From Amoebidium appalachense (lineage: Eukaryota > Protista > Ichthyosporea): DNA of 64,000 bases. The first letter of the stretch is position 1. Each line of letters starts with the position of its first letter. A program made the translations under genes and the position numbers. The notes beneath the pieces were generated by a model. The model worked only from the letters and a program-made list of their open reading frames with translations. It had not been told where the DNA came from and ran no database searches. The DNA lies in contig CAVNZM010000007.1 in the NCBI GenBank assembly GCA_963693365.1, positions 977,979-1,041,978 on the forward strand, read 5' to 3'. Shown piece by piece: positions 1 through 26,768 of the stretch.

Positions 1-146
1 TCACAACAGACACCCAGAAAGATAGCCTACCTGTAAATTACAACATCCTTGATTTTATACTAAACACGCGTAACTACGACCTGTTTATTAGATGTATTGA
101 TTTGCTTGAGAAACACATCACTACAAAATTATAGCGCACGCGCACA

Positions 147-205
<59 letters not shown>

Positions 206-264
206 CCAGCTGATACCGAGTGTCCCAGGGGAGCCCCTTTAAAATATATATATATATATATATG

Positions 265-296
<32 letters not shown>

Positions 297-942
297 TAAT
301 AAATAATAATAAAAATAAAAAAAACAAAAAAAACGGGGAACCCCAACTAATTGATTTCTCCTTGTAGTCTTTATGGTGTCTCGTAGAGAAAGTAAACCCT
401 GATATATAGTCATCACCCGACATCTATGTACGTGTTCATGATATACCGCTGAGGGGATATTCCGAGCAAAACCCCCCCCCCATACCTGAGACTGGTTTCT
501 CTTTGCCTCGAGTAAACAGCGTAAACCCCCTGCACAATCTCACTCCTTTTTTCCTGCAACCTCACCCCCCCGGCTGTTCGCGTACACCAGATCGGATCCG
601 TAGATATGTACAGCACCGTTGTGCACCTCACTACCCATATATACACCCCGATACCGTGACCTGAGCACCTGCCGTTATGTACGTACCGTAGCCTAAGCCT
701 CATTTTTCACGCTTCATGGCACGTAGTACTACACCATAAAACACTTTACAAGGAGTCCGACACTCATGATCCTACACTCGTTGATCATGACCCTATGCAA
801 TTGCGCAACCATGTGCATGCATGGCCATCGAAACTAATAATTGCAATATAATAGTTCATGCATCGTATCTCGAGAAGATCCGGAAAAGCTTGGCCTACTC
901 AAGATGAGTCTGGCTTAGCTATAGGCCAAGATTATCGCATGT

Positions 943-1394
943 GCACACCCTTTGAGTTCTATTTTCCGAACATACGCGTACTGTATTTACATGGGCACAC
1001 CCTTTGAGCTCTATTTTCCGAACATACGCGTACTGTATTTACATGGGCACACCCTTTGAGTTCTATTTTCCGAACATACGCGTACTGTATTTACATGGGC
1101 ACACCCTTTGAGTTCTATTTTCCGAACATACGCGTACTGTATTTACATGGGCACACCCTTTGAGTTCTATTTTCAGAACATACGCGTACTGTATTTACAT
1201 GGGCACACCCTTTGAGTTCTATTTTCCGAACATACGCGTACTGTATTTACATGGGCACACCTTGAGTTCTATTTTCAGAACATACGCGTACTGTATTTAC
1301 ATGGGCACACCCTTTGAGTTCTATTTTCAGAACATACGCGTACTGTATTTACATGGGCACACCCTTTGAGTTCTATTTTCAGAACATACGCGTA
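943..1394. repeat. 52-bp minisatellite, ~8.7 near-identical copies
   Basis: Unit GCACACCCTTTGAGTTCTATTTTC(C/A)GAACATACGCGTACTGTATTTACATGG starts at 943, 995, ... head to tail with no spacers. Confidence 0.95.
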
Positions 1395-1606
1395 CGCGTT
1401 CACCGTGTACTCCACGTCCGGGGCCCAGCCACACACTTTCACTTTTGTCGATTGCCATCCTTGTAGGCTACACAACGGGTGATTTCGAGTCACTCCAGCC
1501 CTTTCCGGCTTCAGTGGCGCACATGCATATGCATATTCTCTCTTCCCCCCCCCCCCCCCTCAAAGTTAAGGCCTTAAAAAAAAATTTCCTCCTCCGGACA
1601 GCCATT

Positions 1607-1649
<43 letters not shown>

Positions 1650-1817
1650 CCCGGCCCGGCTGCCGCAGTGCGCACGTACATACATACACACACACACACA
1701 CTCAGATGGACAAATTGAATACGAGTTTAGAAAAGGTTTTTTTTTCAAAGCATATGCAAGTCCACCCAGCACTGCTATACGTCGACTTTTCAAGTTGGTC
1801 CCCACATGTCACTGGCA

Positions 1818-1851
<34 letters not shown>

Positions 1852-2625
1852 AAAAATAAACATCACGGCCCAATCAAGCCATATCATTAATTACTAAGTG
1901 CCAAACCAATGCCATTTATTGGCTAAGTTAAATTTGTAAGTCAAAAAGATCTTCATGGAAAAAAGGAATTACGAAAACACGTGAAAAATAGTGGTCGCAG
2001 CCCACGTGTGAAGAAACTGGGGTACCAAATAAGGAAATGGCATGCCAGCATGCCATGACCCGCAGGCGGTGTGTGTGATTTTAGAAACAATAAAGTGTGT
2101 GTGCGTCTAAATGACGCCTAGATGTGTGTGTGTATACGCGCTGTGTGGGTGTGTTTTTTTGTGCTTAGAAAACAGGAGTCTATTTATGTGTACCTTATTT
2201 GTGTGTACATGCCTGTGTTTGTTTTAGTAGTTGTTTTTTGTCTGTATGGAAAACGGAGACTCGACGTCAAGCCGGCCAATAATCAGTGGTCATTGCAAGA
2301 ACACAAATCGGGGCTCTAATAATATTACAATTACACTTAATTTTTATTGTTAAACCATTACTTGCACATTGCTGTGATTAGCTTTTTTTTCGGTTCTATC
2401 TATCACGATATGTGTAATCAATCAACAGGAACGACTAACATTTAAATTAGTTCGCTTGTGCCACATACGATACAAAATTCAGGTTCAATTCAGTTCAAAA
2501 AAAAAGCCCAGCCCCTCTTCCCCCCCACAAAAACTCACACACGCCCCACCACCACCACCACGCACACACACACGCACACATCACCACCACCACCACCACT
2601 AACCCCTCACGCCCACATACATGAA

Positions 2626-3085
2626 CTACATAAACAGACTTCTCCGTTTTCTCGGGTTGTCGTTTGACTTTAAGGTGTCTGAGGTGTACCTGGGCTTGAC
2701 GTCCTGCTCCGACTCCAGTGTTTCTTTAAGCACCAGCATCCTATGCTCCTGCTCGCTTATAGGTGATCGGAAGCTCGCCTGCTTGGGCAGCGTCAGGCGA
2801 CCCGACCCGGACCCCTCCCTTTTTGGGTCGGCCTTTGGGTCGGCTTTCGGGTCGGTTGCTTCCGAGTCGATTCCGGTTAGTGCAGTTCGGATCAGACGCA
2901 TCAATGCCGTGTTGATGCGTGGGTTTGTGGCTGTGGCCTCGACATGCACTAGGCCGTACTTCTCCGTCAGCTTGCGGATGGCTCGGAGGTCTGCCCGTGC
3001 CGATGGATCGTCACATTTGTTGCCAAATAACATCATGGGGGGTCGGGCTGCATGCAACATAGTGGGGTTAGATAGGTGCCCATAT

Positions 3086-3156
<71 letters not shown>

Positions 3157-3397
3157 TGCATACGGTTAGGTGCCAAACGTGCACAAAATTTGCAGAGGCT
3201 AACAAAGATAAAATGCAGCAAATGCATGAACGTGAGGATATGCAACACGGAATTATTCTTTCAAACCTATTCCACCATTCACTATCCTCGTGCCTCCTTC
3301 AGCCCTCCTTCGCATTCCAGAGCAGTCAAATTAAAACGGCAAAAGTGTCTTTCACTGCTCGTACGTATGTACTTTATTTAATGTGTGTGTGTGTTTG

Positions 3398-3430
<33 letters not shown>

Positions 3431-3504
3431 TGTGTGTGTGTGTGTGTCTGTGTATTGAGTGTGCGTTTTTGTGTGTGTGTGTGTGTGTGTGTATTGAGTG
3501 TGCG

Positions 3505-3575
<71 letters not shown>

Positions 3576-3718
3576 ATGTGCATTGTGTGTGCATTGTGTG
3601 TGTGTGCAGTGTGAATGTGTGCATGTGTGTGTCTGTGTGCATGTGTGTGAAAGCATGTGTGCACACCTGCATGTACCCGAATGTGTGCGTGTACGTACCC
3701 ATGCATATGTCCGTGCGC

Positions 3719-3794
<76 letters not shown>

Positions 3795-3937
3795 ATGTGC
3801 ATTGTGTGTGCATTGTGTGTGTGTGCAGTGTGAATGTGTGCATGTGTGTGTCTGTGTGCATGTGTGTGAAAGCATGTGTGCACACCTGCATGTACCCGAA
3901 TGTGTGCGTGTATGTACCCATGCATATGTCCGTGAGC

Positions 3938-3995
<58 letters not shown>

Positions 3996-4024
3996 TGAGT
4001 GTGCGTTTTTGTGTGTGTGAGTGT

Positions 4025-4076
<52 letters not shown>

Positions 4077-4181
4077 ATGTGCATTGTGTGTGCATTGTGT
4101 GTGTGTGCAGTGTGAATGTGTGCATGTGTGTGTCTGTGTGCATGTGTGTGAAAGCATGTGTGCACACCTGCATGTACCCAA

Positions 4182-4247
<66 letters not shown>

Positions 4248-4676
4248 ATTTGTACTAGCTCGGTCCTATGCACATGAAAGAGTGTGTACTTGTGCACGTG
4301 CCTGTCATGCAAGAATCTGTGTAGATGTGTGTCTGTGTATGCACGCACACGTGCATTTTCGTATCTGAGCTTGTTTGCATGCATTGCACTTACATCCTCT
4401 CACAGACACGATATGAGCAATGTATCTGTCGACGGCAGTTAAAGACTCCGGGTCAGTGAGGGAATAAATCACGGCAAAGGCGTCAGCTGATTGGATGGTA
4501 GGCAGCAGGCGCCTGTCCTCCATCCACTGCCCCCCGCAGTCCACAATGTCCAGATACACCGCAGTCTTGTCAAACTGCACGTGCACGTGTAAGTGTGTGG
4601 ATGGAAGGCGACGGAAGGAGGTGGAAGCAGGCGCTCGTGGTGTGACCGTGAGCAGGCAGGCACCTTTTTTTTTTTT

Positions 4677-4725
<49 letters not shown>

Positions 4726-4898
4726 TGATTTGGAGAATTGAAATGCAGCAAGAAACATAAAAAAGGCACAACAGGTACGTCACGTGGTAGAAAAGTTCCC
4801 CATATTCCCAACGTCCTGAATGCCAGTTACGTGGGTCGTGTGTGCGTGTCTGTGACCCGTTTGTACATGGTTGCTAAGGAGGTGTGCACGTGTGTAAG

Positions 4899-4936
<38 letters not shown>

Positions 4937-6944
4937 TGCATGTGTGTGTTTGTGTGTTGTGAATTTGTGCGGGTGTCGTTGTGTATGTGCTCAAGTGACT
5001 CAGTGTGTGCGCATGTGTTGGTGCACAATTGCATTTGGCAGGTGTGCCTGCACTGGCATGCCTGCACACACGCACAACTACGTTTTGATTGTATGGGTAT
5101 CCGTGTGCCTGGACGTGTACACATGACAACCGAGGGTGTGTGCATTCGCATGTGTTGATGGGTGCAAGCAATAAGGCGCCCAAGGTGAACTTAGTCATAG
5201 CTCATCCCTCCCCCCTCCCTCCTTTTCCTCCCCCCCCCCCCAAAAAAAAAAAAACCTCCCCCCGGCCCCACCCCTCCCTCCCCATTCCATCCCTCCCTCG
5301 CCAGCCTAAAGCTTCCTTAAATTCCTGTTTGTTTCTGTTCTGGACCCGTTCGGGAAGAACAACAGGGCAGTCGGGTGAGAGGCAAAGAGGTTTGAGTATG
5401 CCATACACGACAAGAAAGTACGGTGCAGCCCATTGAGCAAAAGGTTATGTCGAAGCGTACTATATACGACAGCACTACACGCTGATAGGTAAATCACTCC
5501 AGTCGGCCAACACCAAGGAGTCGTACAAGAAAACATGTTCCAAAATATCACCACGATGAACATGCGCAAAAAAAAAGTGAACTTCTAACACACATCAAGA
5601 TTGAACGGGGAGACACTGACCTCCAAGATCTTAGTGAAGTGCTCCTCTGCCGTTCTGTCGTATCTCTCAACGAATATGCCGTGCACAAAGCGCTGGGCTA
5701 TGGCCGTCTTGCCCACCTCGGGGCTGCCCACAAGCATGATGGTCAGCTTGTCCCCGCCCTTCTTGCCGCCCCTGCATGGTTACAGCTTTAGGGGAATGCA
5801 TAAAACGTGACACTTCGGATAACAATTGCTCTAAACAGCGAGCAAAGCTAAGCCACGTAAGATGTGAAGGACACATCTTCGACACATACGAGCTCTGCGT
5901 CTTGTTAGAGTGCACACTATGTACGCCGAGAGCCCTGCCTGTTGTGAAACATAATAATTTACTTTGAATCTCAAGCTAATCTTTAAGTTGCGTTCGAGTT
6001 TTATCGCCTTCAAGCACATACCCCACAGACGGTCTCCTTTGGTGGGCGGTGTTTGCCTGAGCAGCAGGTGCAAAGGAGACACTTGGAGTCGAGGATGACC
6101 TCTGGATCTTGCTCGCGCCCATGGCCTGTGCCAGGCTGTCTGAGCTGGAGGTTACTGATCGTTCGGTTTCGACGATGGGACCGTTTTGGGAGGAGGCAGA
6201 AGAGCCTGTGCGTGACAGGTTCAACCTGTGGGGAGGGGACCATGGGAAGGTGAGGATTGGGCGTGACTCACGTACCATGGTACTTTTTCCCACTAGATCT
6301 TGCAGCTGCACGACAAGTAAGCAAAAATGTAGGATTGACGCAGAACGGCACAGATGTCTATCCTACTTGCAACCCTTACCACATGGATTCTCGTGTTCAT
6401 TATGAGACTTTTAGTCCACTAAACGATTTGTGTGATGCTTCAAGTTGTTTCGTGCACTGAGAGCCTCAGGATTCATACCAAGAAAATACTGCAAAGCGCA
6501 CACAATGTTTCCCACATGGTAGATCTTTGACCCTGCTTGAGCCAACAGCCCCATATTCCTCTCCCTCCCCATCCTAGCTCCCACTCTCTTTCCTCACAAG
6601 ACACACAGAGCAAAAGTGATAGCAGAAGTAGATACACTGGCACCAAAACATGCACACGGGCTAATACCTGCATTCATCTGCACAGATCGGATTTGCACAC
6701 AGCCATTACACCAGCACAAGCATACAGGCAGATTTGCACGAGGACAAACCAAGCTACATTCGCCGCACGCACGTGTGAGCACACCCGCATAACATGGCAT
6801 CTGTGCATCAGCAAGCAGCCAGCTATGTAGCCACAGACACAGATACAAATACAAGGCCGGGCGGGTACACACACATACAGAGAAACACATGCATACTCAA
6901 ACACACACACAGCCATCCACACGCACACGCACACGCACACACAC

Positions 6945-6987
<43 letters not shown>

Positions 6988-7580
6988 GACACACACACCC
7001 GCCGTCCGTTTGCCCGCAAAAAACTGCTTCTCTCACCCTTATCCTGTGACGCTCCAGGTACCACACTAAATCATAAAACACACCTAATTACAGCTTACCT
7101 CAAGTTGTGTGCCGAAAGCGAGCGTGGTAGGCGTGGAGGTTGCCCTTCTGCAACTGGCAGCTTCTGTTGGCCTATGGGAGCACTAGCTATATTTGACTGT
7201 GCTTTCCTGGTTTCTGGATTGGGTTGGGTCATGGGTGAAGGTGGCAACGAACTGTTTGAGGAGGATCTATCGCTGGATGATGTAACTGAATCCTGGGATG
7301 CACGTGAAAACTGGGCAAGGAGTTTGTCTAGCTCGGGCGCTGATCTTTGCCCCAGACTTCTTCTACCTGGAAGTTTGAGCGAGCCTGATTTTGTGAAAAA
7401 ACCCTTTACTACCGTATTTTCGATGATGTTTGAACTAGATGCAGTGCGACTCATAGTGCTATTCCTCCGAAGTGTTGCCCTTCCGTTCACAATGTCCGAA
7501 GCTACGGTTGTGGTGGACGCCATGTTGCTGGGGTTTACTGGCTCGCCGCCTGGATAGGGCTTCGGGGTTTCCTTAGGCAT
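2626..7580 (-). CDS. Divergent Ras-family small GTPase with a Ser-rich N-terminal extension (spliced)
   Basis: In-phase exons 5771-5621 (KLTIMLVGSPEVGKTAIAQRFVHGIFVERYDRTAEEHFTKILE; G1, G2), 4574-4394 (FDKTAVYLDIVDCGGQ...ADAFAVIYSLTDPESL; G3) and 3047-2626 (PPMMLFGNKCD G4, VEATA G5, stop at 2626). An exon ending at 6022 joins in phase. Candidate first exon 7580-7099 (MPKETPKP..., donor GTAAG); its connection through 6230-7098 is unresolved. Confidence 0.75.
3383..4246. repeat. (TG)n-rich intronic block containing a ~110-150 bp segment repeated three times
   Basis: TTTGCATGTGCATTGTG...CACACCTGCATGTACCC at ~3571, ~3790 and ~4072, separated by pure (TG)n runs. Confidence 0.85.
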
Positions 7581-9149
7581 GGATCTGAAAACATTACAAG
7601 CAGAAGTTTGTTCTGGAAAACTGTACTTCAATAATTGTGGAATTGCTAAATAATGAACAGCAGCTAAACCCCAGAGAAAGTGAACAAAAAGCTAACTGGT
7701 TCAATCAAAAATTACAGTAACTGGAGCTAACCTTACTTCATGATGTATAAGAAAGCCGAAATGCACTCGTTCATAAAAACATCAACTGCTGCTGAAAGGG
7801 CTAGCTGAGCATCTACAGAACTAATGATGCTGCAAGAGGTGACGGTGTACTACTTTTTAAATAAATCGTAACTGAAACTATAGAACAGCATCATATTCCC
7901 TTTCAACAAAAACACAGACAAGCAGAAGCTACAAAGACACTACATACACATAAACAGAGAGAGTACAAATTGTACGCGGGTGCAAGACTGGTTGCACCGT
8001 GGCTCGGTGAGCACGGTGCCCCCTCGTGAGTGACGCCACTTTGTGTTGATACTGCACGGACCAATCAGGAATAACCTCTGTGGCTGATTGCTTAAGATTG
8101 GTGCATGGTAATTGCATTAGCGTGATGTAAAGCCAATCAAAAGGGGTTTCAAGCGGTGCATTATCTCCCCCGATTCGATAGTGGGGGGAGTATAATGAAT
8201 TTCAATCAGTTTTCTCAGGACCCGCTGCCCCGGCTCCCTCTGACCGTCATGACGACATGAAATACCTATGAATTTTTTAAAGTAACAAGAGAAAAAAGGT
8301 CCTGGAATTCGAACAAATAGACATACTTAAATAAACCTGGATTTTATGTGAGCTGGTGTGTTGTATCCTGCACTGCTCGTGCGCCGAACTATATATATGC
8401 CCTGCAGAATTCGCATATGCATATGCATGCGGATCCGGATATGGCATGATTACGTAAAGCGTAGGCAAGTGTAACCAGATTGCTACCCTAGGCTTACGAG
8501 CTTTTCACTGTACACTGTAGGCTACTGTGACAAGTATTTTCTTCAATTTTGCCGATAAATTGCAGGCAGCATTGATCATCATGGCAGCAGTGCACGTGGG
8601 GTGAATGACTTCAGGGGCCATCGTCGATCGAATTTAGTCTGCTCTTAAGCTTCTACGGACCCCGCCTAATGAGACGAGTCTGTAAATCTGGTGCTTCATC
8701 CTGATATAGCTAAAATGTTGCGTAAATAATTGGATTTCAGTCTTTCACGAAGCCGAAAACTTTTGCGCAAGGGGAAATTTGTGAGCCAGATCGGCGGTTT
8801 TGATTGGCTAAATGAAACCAGATCTGGATCTGAATTAGATGGGGCAAGCTGGGCGAAACACGTGCACCCCCCACACGCACTTCGATGGTTCGTAAGAAAT
8901 TGCACAAACCACGTTTTGTGCTTGTGCGAGCGTTCCACAACGAAAAATTTTTTTATACAAAAATTCTGACATTTTCAAAGGCATTTGGAAATGAAAAGGA
9001 ACTTGCTCCCGGGCGCACGCACGGCGACGGTTCTGTTTGTGGCACCTGCCCGTCGTTCCCCGGCAGTCCCAAATAGTTGGTGACAAAGTAATACGAAGTC
9101 TAAGTGTGTGTGGGCCTGTGGGTGTGTGTTTGAGGAGGAGGAGGAGGGA

Positions 9150-9180
<31 letters not shown>

Positions 9181-9499
9181 ACGGTTTCTGAGAAACAACG
9201 TTAAATAACTTTCATACAGATCGAATGCCATACAGTAGTGACGGGCTGTGACCCGTGCAAGGTGACTGACACTGTGTGTGTGCGAGTTGCGTGAGTGTGT
9301 GGCCACATATCCGTCAGTTGTGTGTGTGTGACACGTGTGTGTATGTGCGCGCACCGCAGGCGTTGCTTTTATAAGTGTGAAAATGAATGTGAGCGTGCCT
9401 ATGTGTGACAGAGTGCGTTCATGTATCACGGTAACAGTTGTGTGTTTGGGGCCATGCACATCGCAGCGGAGACGGGCGGGCGGGCAGGGGGGAGGGGGG

Positions 9500-9606
9500 T
9501 TTTGAATGCGTCAAAAAGTACGAAGTACACAAGAACAAACGGATAACACGATGCAGAATGCAAGCCATACATAAAGAGTATGCATAATAAGCAGAGCCCA
9601 TCCTCA
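9500..9606 (-). mobile_element. ~106-bp poly-C-embedded interspersed element, copy 1
   Basis: Core identical by eye to 12142-12246 and 39804-39909; G runs on both sides on the + strand. Confidence 0.8.
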
Positions 9607-9924
9607 GGGGAGGGGGGGGGGGGGGGGGGGGAGGGGGGGAGGGGGGGGGGGGGGGGGGACTTCAAGTAGCAATACAACTCTTATTCACTGCTAAACTTTG
9701 CACGGGGATGTCCATTTGGGGCTCCACCAATACACCTTCTGAGCATATTCACTTAAAGCTCCGGGCGTATTAATCCTCCCAACCCCTAACCTAGTATATA
9801 TACTTGTTACAGTGGGATACGTACCCTCGTGGTCTTTGCCTTTTTGTCTGTATGCGAACATATCATCATATACATACATGTAAACACCCCTACACCCTAC
9901 CCACCCTTTCACTTTTAACCTAAC

Positions 9925-23310
<13,386 letters not shown>

Positions 23311-24373
23311 TTATGGTTGGTTCGATGGTTTATACACTCTTTCTCTCTCTCCTATTTTTCCACAAATGCTTCATAGGTGTCCTCGTCTCCATACTGCCTT
23401 CAACTCCTCTCTTGCCACCCCACCCTTTGAAACCCCAAGCTACAATCTTAGACACAAGCAAACATAGAAAAACATGCACACACCAGTAGACAGATGGTCA
23501 GGAAGGTGCCCGCACGCACGGGCAAGTGACACGAAAGCGCACAGATGCTATACTTGGGTCAACTTGCCACCCACTACACAGACACCCTTCGTAGGCCCGA
23601 GTTCATCTATCCTGACCAAAAAAATTGTCCAAAAGACACTACTCCTTATCTGGCCGCATGATCTCAATTAATTTAAAACTGTAGTTCTAGTTAATTAAAG
23701 CCGACACGTTTGCTTGAATGTATTCCACTAGAGATCTTAGCTAGCCTCTAAGGCCAGTTTGCAGGAGATCCAACTGTCCCAGGTGTGAAACAGGAGCACA
23801 TGCGTCATATACGCACGCAAAAGCTTAAAGCCAGCGAAAGAATATTATGTCTCTACCTTTTTTTTGGGCTTCCAAGCCCAAGATCCTCTCCTTTTGTGAA
23901 AATCTGTGTTCTACCTAGCCGACAAAAAGTTCTGGTGAAACAGAAAAATGCCTGAAAGTGCCAGCCACCGTGTTACTTTTTTTTTAGGCTCAGGATGCGC
24001 GCCAGCGCTAAATTCTCATAGCGCGCCATTAGGACTCCAGGGTTAGCTAACCTTAGTTACCAGCTGAATTCATTAGCTAAATAAGGGTTGCCTATTTTTG
24101 GTTAACTGCTCCATCGAAATTAAGGCGCCCTCGTCGAATTTGATCTGGTGGCTCCTGGGCCTGGCCGCTGGGGAAAAACGGGAGGAAATAAATAAAAATA
24201 AAATAACGGTTAAGAATTGCAAACCTTATAAAAATGCACATGCAAGATGTGTCCGACTTGCTGCTTCCGAAAAAATGGTCGTCCTCAACTTAGTTGTCAA
24301 AACAGCAAGGTGCCTTTATGCCCATATTTGGCAGCTGTAGTGTCGGGAGAACTTGGGTGCAGTAACTCCCCCC

Positions 24374-24428
<55 letters not shown>

Positions 24429-24488
24429 ACGCACGCACACGCACACGCACGCGCATGCGCGCGCGCACACAAAAGCACACACACACAT

Positions 24489-24537
<49 letters not shown>

Positions 24538-24643
24538 TACACACACCGAGCTCGCACGCGCGCACACACACACACACTCACACACACACACACACACCGC
24601 ACACGTACACACCCACACACACACCCACACACACACACCCACA

Positions 24644-24690
<47 letters not shown>

Positions 24691-24824
24691 TCACACACTC
24701 ATGATCAGTCACTCACTCACTCGCTCACTCACCCACTCAATCACTCACTCACTGTGACTACCACCTCAATACACACAGATCCACATCATCAGATATCAAT
24801 TTGCTGCGAGCTAACTTATCCTGC

Positions 24825-25125
24825 AAAGAGCAGAATGAATTATTCTCTTGAGCAGGATTACTGTATTTAGCAAAAAGCAGGAAGTTTCTAGCAGAAATAT
24901 TCTGATACAAGTAGAATCATCCTAGATCTGCTTGAAGCCTCGGGCTTCTTGAAACAAGTTTATTCTTGTGCCGTGGGCAGAATAGTTCTGCTAAGTGCAG
25001 GATAGTCCTGCAAAGCGCGGATTCTAAATAATCCTGCTAAAAGTAGAATAAACCTGCTCGGCCAACAAAATGATTCCGCAATGGCTGAATCAGGCTGCAT
25101 ATTAGTATTCTGCTTTTTGCAGCAT
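24825..25125. repeat. Degenerate GCAGAATnnTTCTGC repeat cluster related to the 26405-26768 element
   Basis: Multiple eroded copies such as GCAGAATAGTTCTGC and GCAGGATAGTCCTGC; no intact termini seen. Confidence 0.5.
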
Positions 25126-25938
25126 AGCCTTGTTCTTTACAGCCTGTACCGCTGACAGTTTCATGACCTGCACGTGTGCGCTGACTTGTGCAGAGAGCAG
25201 AGGCACTGTGACCGCAAAGCCATACGCCTTAAAGAGTCAACAATAATGTTCATACATACTGATTACTAACCTAATTCTTGCAGCAGTTATTTTGGACCCA
25301 AGTGGCTAATAAATACATGGTCTAAATTAATGCAGAAGCTCAACACATTCACTTAGTCCCCGTGATCAGTGGCTTATAGAGACGTCGACCTCGTGCGCTT
25401 CACAGATGCTACGAATTCTATCTGTGGGAACGGCTGATTCGAGGGGTGCCATTGCGAGCGGTCCTTTCGTAGATAAACCTTCAATTTGCGCATGCACCCT
25501 ACAGGGGTGGTCTAGATTTAAGATTTTCCAAATATAATTCTAGCGCTAGGAATTCTATTGAATTAAAATTCTAGCTGGCTAGCCCCCACGGTGCAAATGA
25601 AAATTAAGATTTTTTTCGGCCTCGTGGACTAGGAAGGTCTGGAAATAAGATTCTAGCACACTAGAGCCAAAATGTACGTCACGCTTAATTTCGGCCTACC
25701 CCTGTATGTTTGCAAAAGAACTCCGGACGATTACATCATCTGTAGCCTATCTTTAGACCTTAACTTGACGCCACATGTCGCCATACATAGTGTCGTTCAA
25801 GTACGTCATAGTCATATTCAAAATCTAGTCGAGCAAAAACTTCCAAAAGGCATGGATTGGCATTTCATGCAATGTTCAACCTGCACAGTCGGCATCATGA
25901 TTTTCCCGTAATGCCTTCCGCTATTTTTTTTTTTTTTT

Positions 25939-25980
<42 letters not shown>

Positions 25981-26324
25981 GCTGCAGTTTCAGGGGGCTG
26001 AGATGTAGTAAAGTATACAAAATTTAATAGTCACTAACATGTCCAAGGCTTCCCTCTTCCCCAAACATTTACTTCCATTCACCGTTAACAGCAAATCAAC
26101 GTTTTTTTGTTTATTTACTGTTTCGTTATCGACCTTCTGTACAAGTGCGCATGGCGCTAGGCTACCGTATTCCGGACAGTGTACATAGTAATAATAGCCC
26201 CACGGACCAACTATACCGTTATCATCGTCTAAAGTTGGGCCCGTGATTCAAAGATGGCAAAACGAGGGTGTGTCGTTTGGGTGTTTTGATCATGAACTGG
26301 ATGTGGAGAGGTTGGAGCTGTTTC

Positions 26325-26395
<71 letters not shown>

Positions 26396-26404
26396 AGGGG
26401 GGGA

Positions 26405-26768
26405 CCCAACCACATCGGCAGCGTCAACTTGCAACAAGCAGAATCATTCTGCAAAAGCAGAGTTATTCTGCAAAATGCGGAATCATCCTGCAACAAGCAG
26501 AACTTTTCTGCAAAAGCAGAATCACTCTGCTTTTAGCAGAATCATTCTGCCTTTAGCAGAATGATTCCGTAAAAGCAGAATCATTCTGCAGAAGTATTCA
26601 GCAAAAAGCTGATCTTTTCTGCTTCCGACAGCAGAATAATCCTTGATTCTGCTTTCAGCAGATTGATCCTGCTTTTAGCAGAATAATCATTGTTGTTGCA
26701 GAATAACCTGCTTTTGCAGAATAATTCTACTTTTGCAGAATAATTCTGCTTTTACCGATGTGGTTGGG
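26405..26768. mobile_element. MITE-like element with 14-bp perfect TIRs and internal palindromic subrepeats
   Basis: CCCAACCACATCGG (26405-26418) and CCGATGTGGTTGGG (26755-26768); interior made of many GCAGAATCATTCTGC-like units. Confidence 0.8.

Noticed and set aside
943-1394. CRISPR-like regular array
   Set aside because: Units are contiguous and near-identical with no unique spacers, no cas genes, eukaryotic context.
3352-4384. Long HT/CV-rich ORFs (also 18194-19073, 51329-52844, 53085-54704)
   Set aside because: Translations of (CA)n, (AG)n and poly-C/G tracts inside introns of identified genes.
25502-25670. hAT-like terminus CAGGGGTGGTC with a CTAG-rich interior
   Set aside because: No matching opposite TIR or TSD found in the window.
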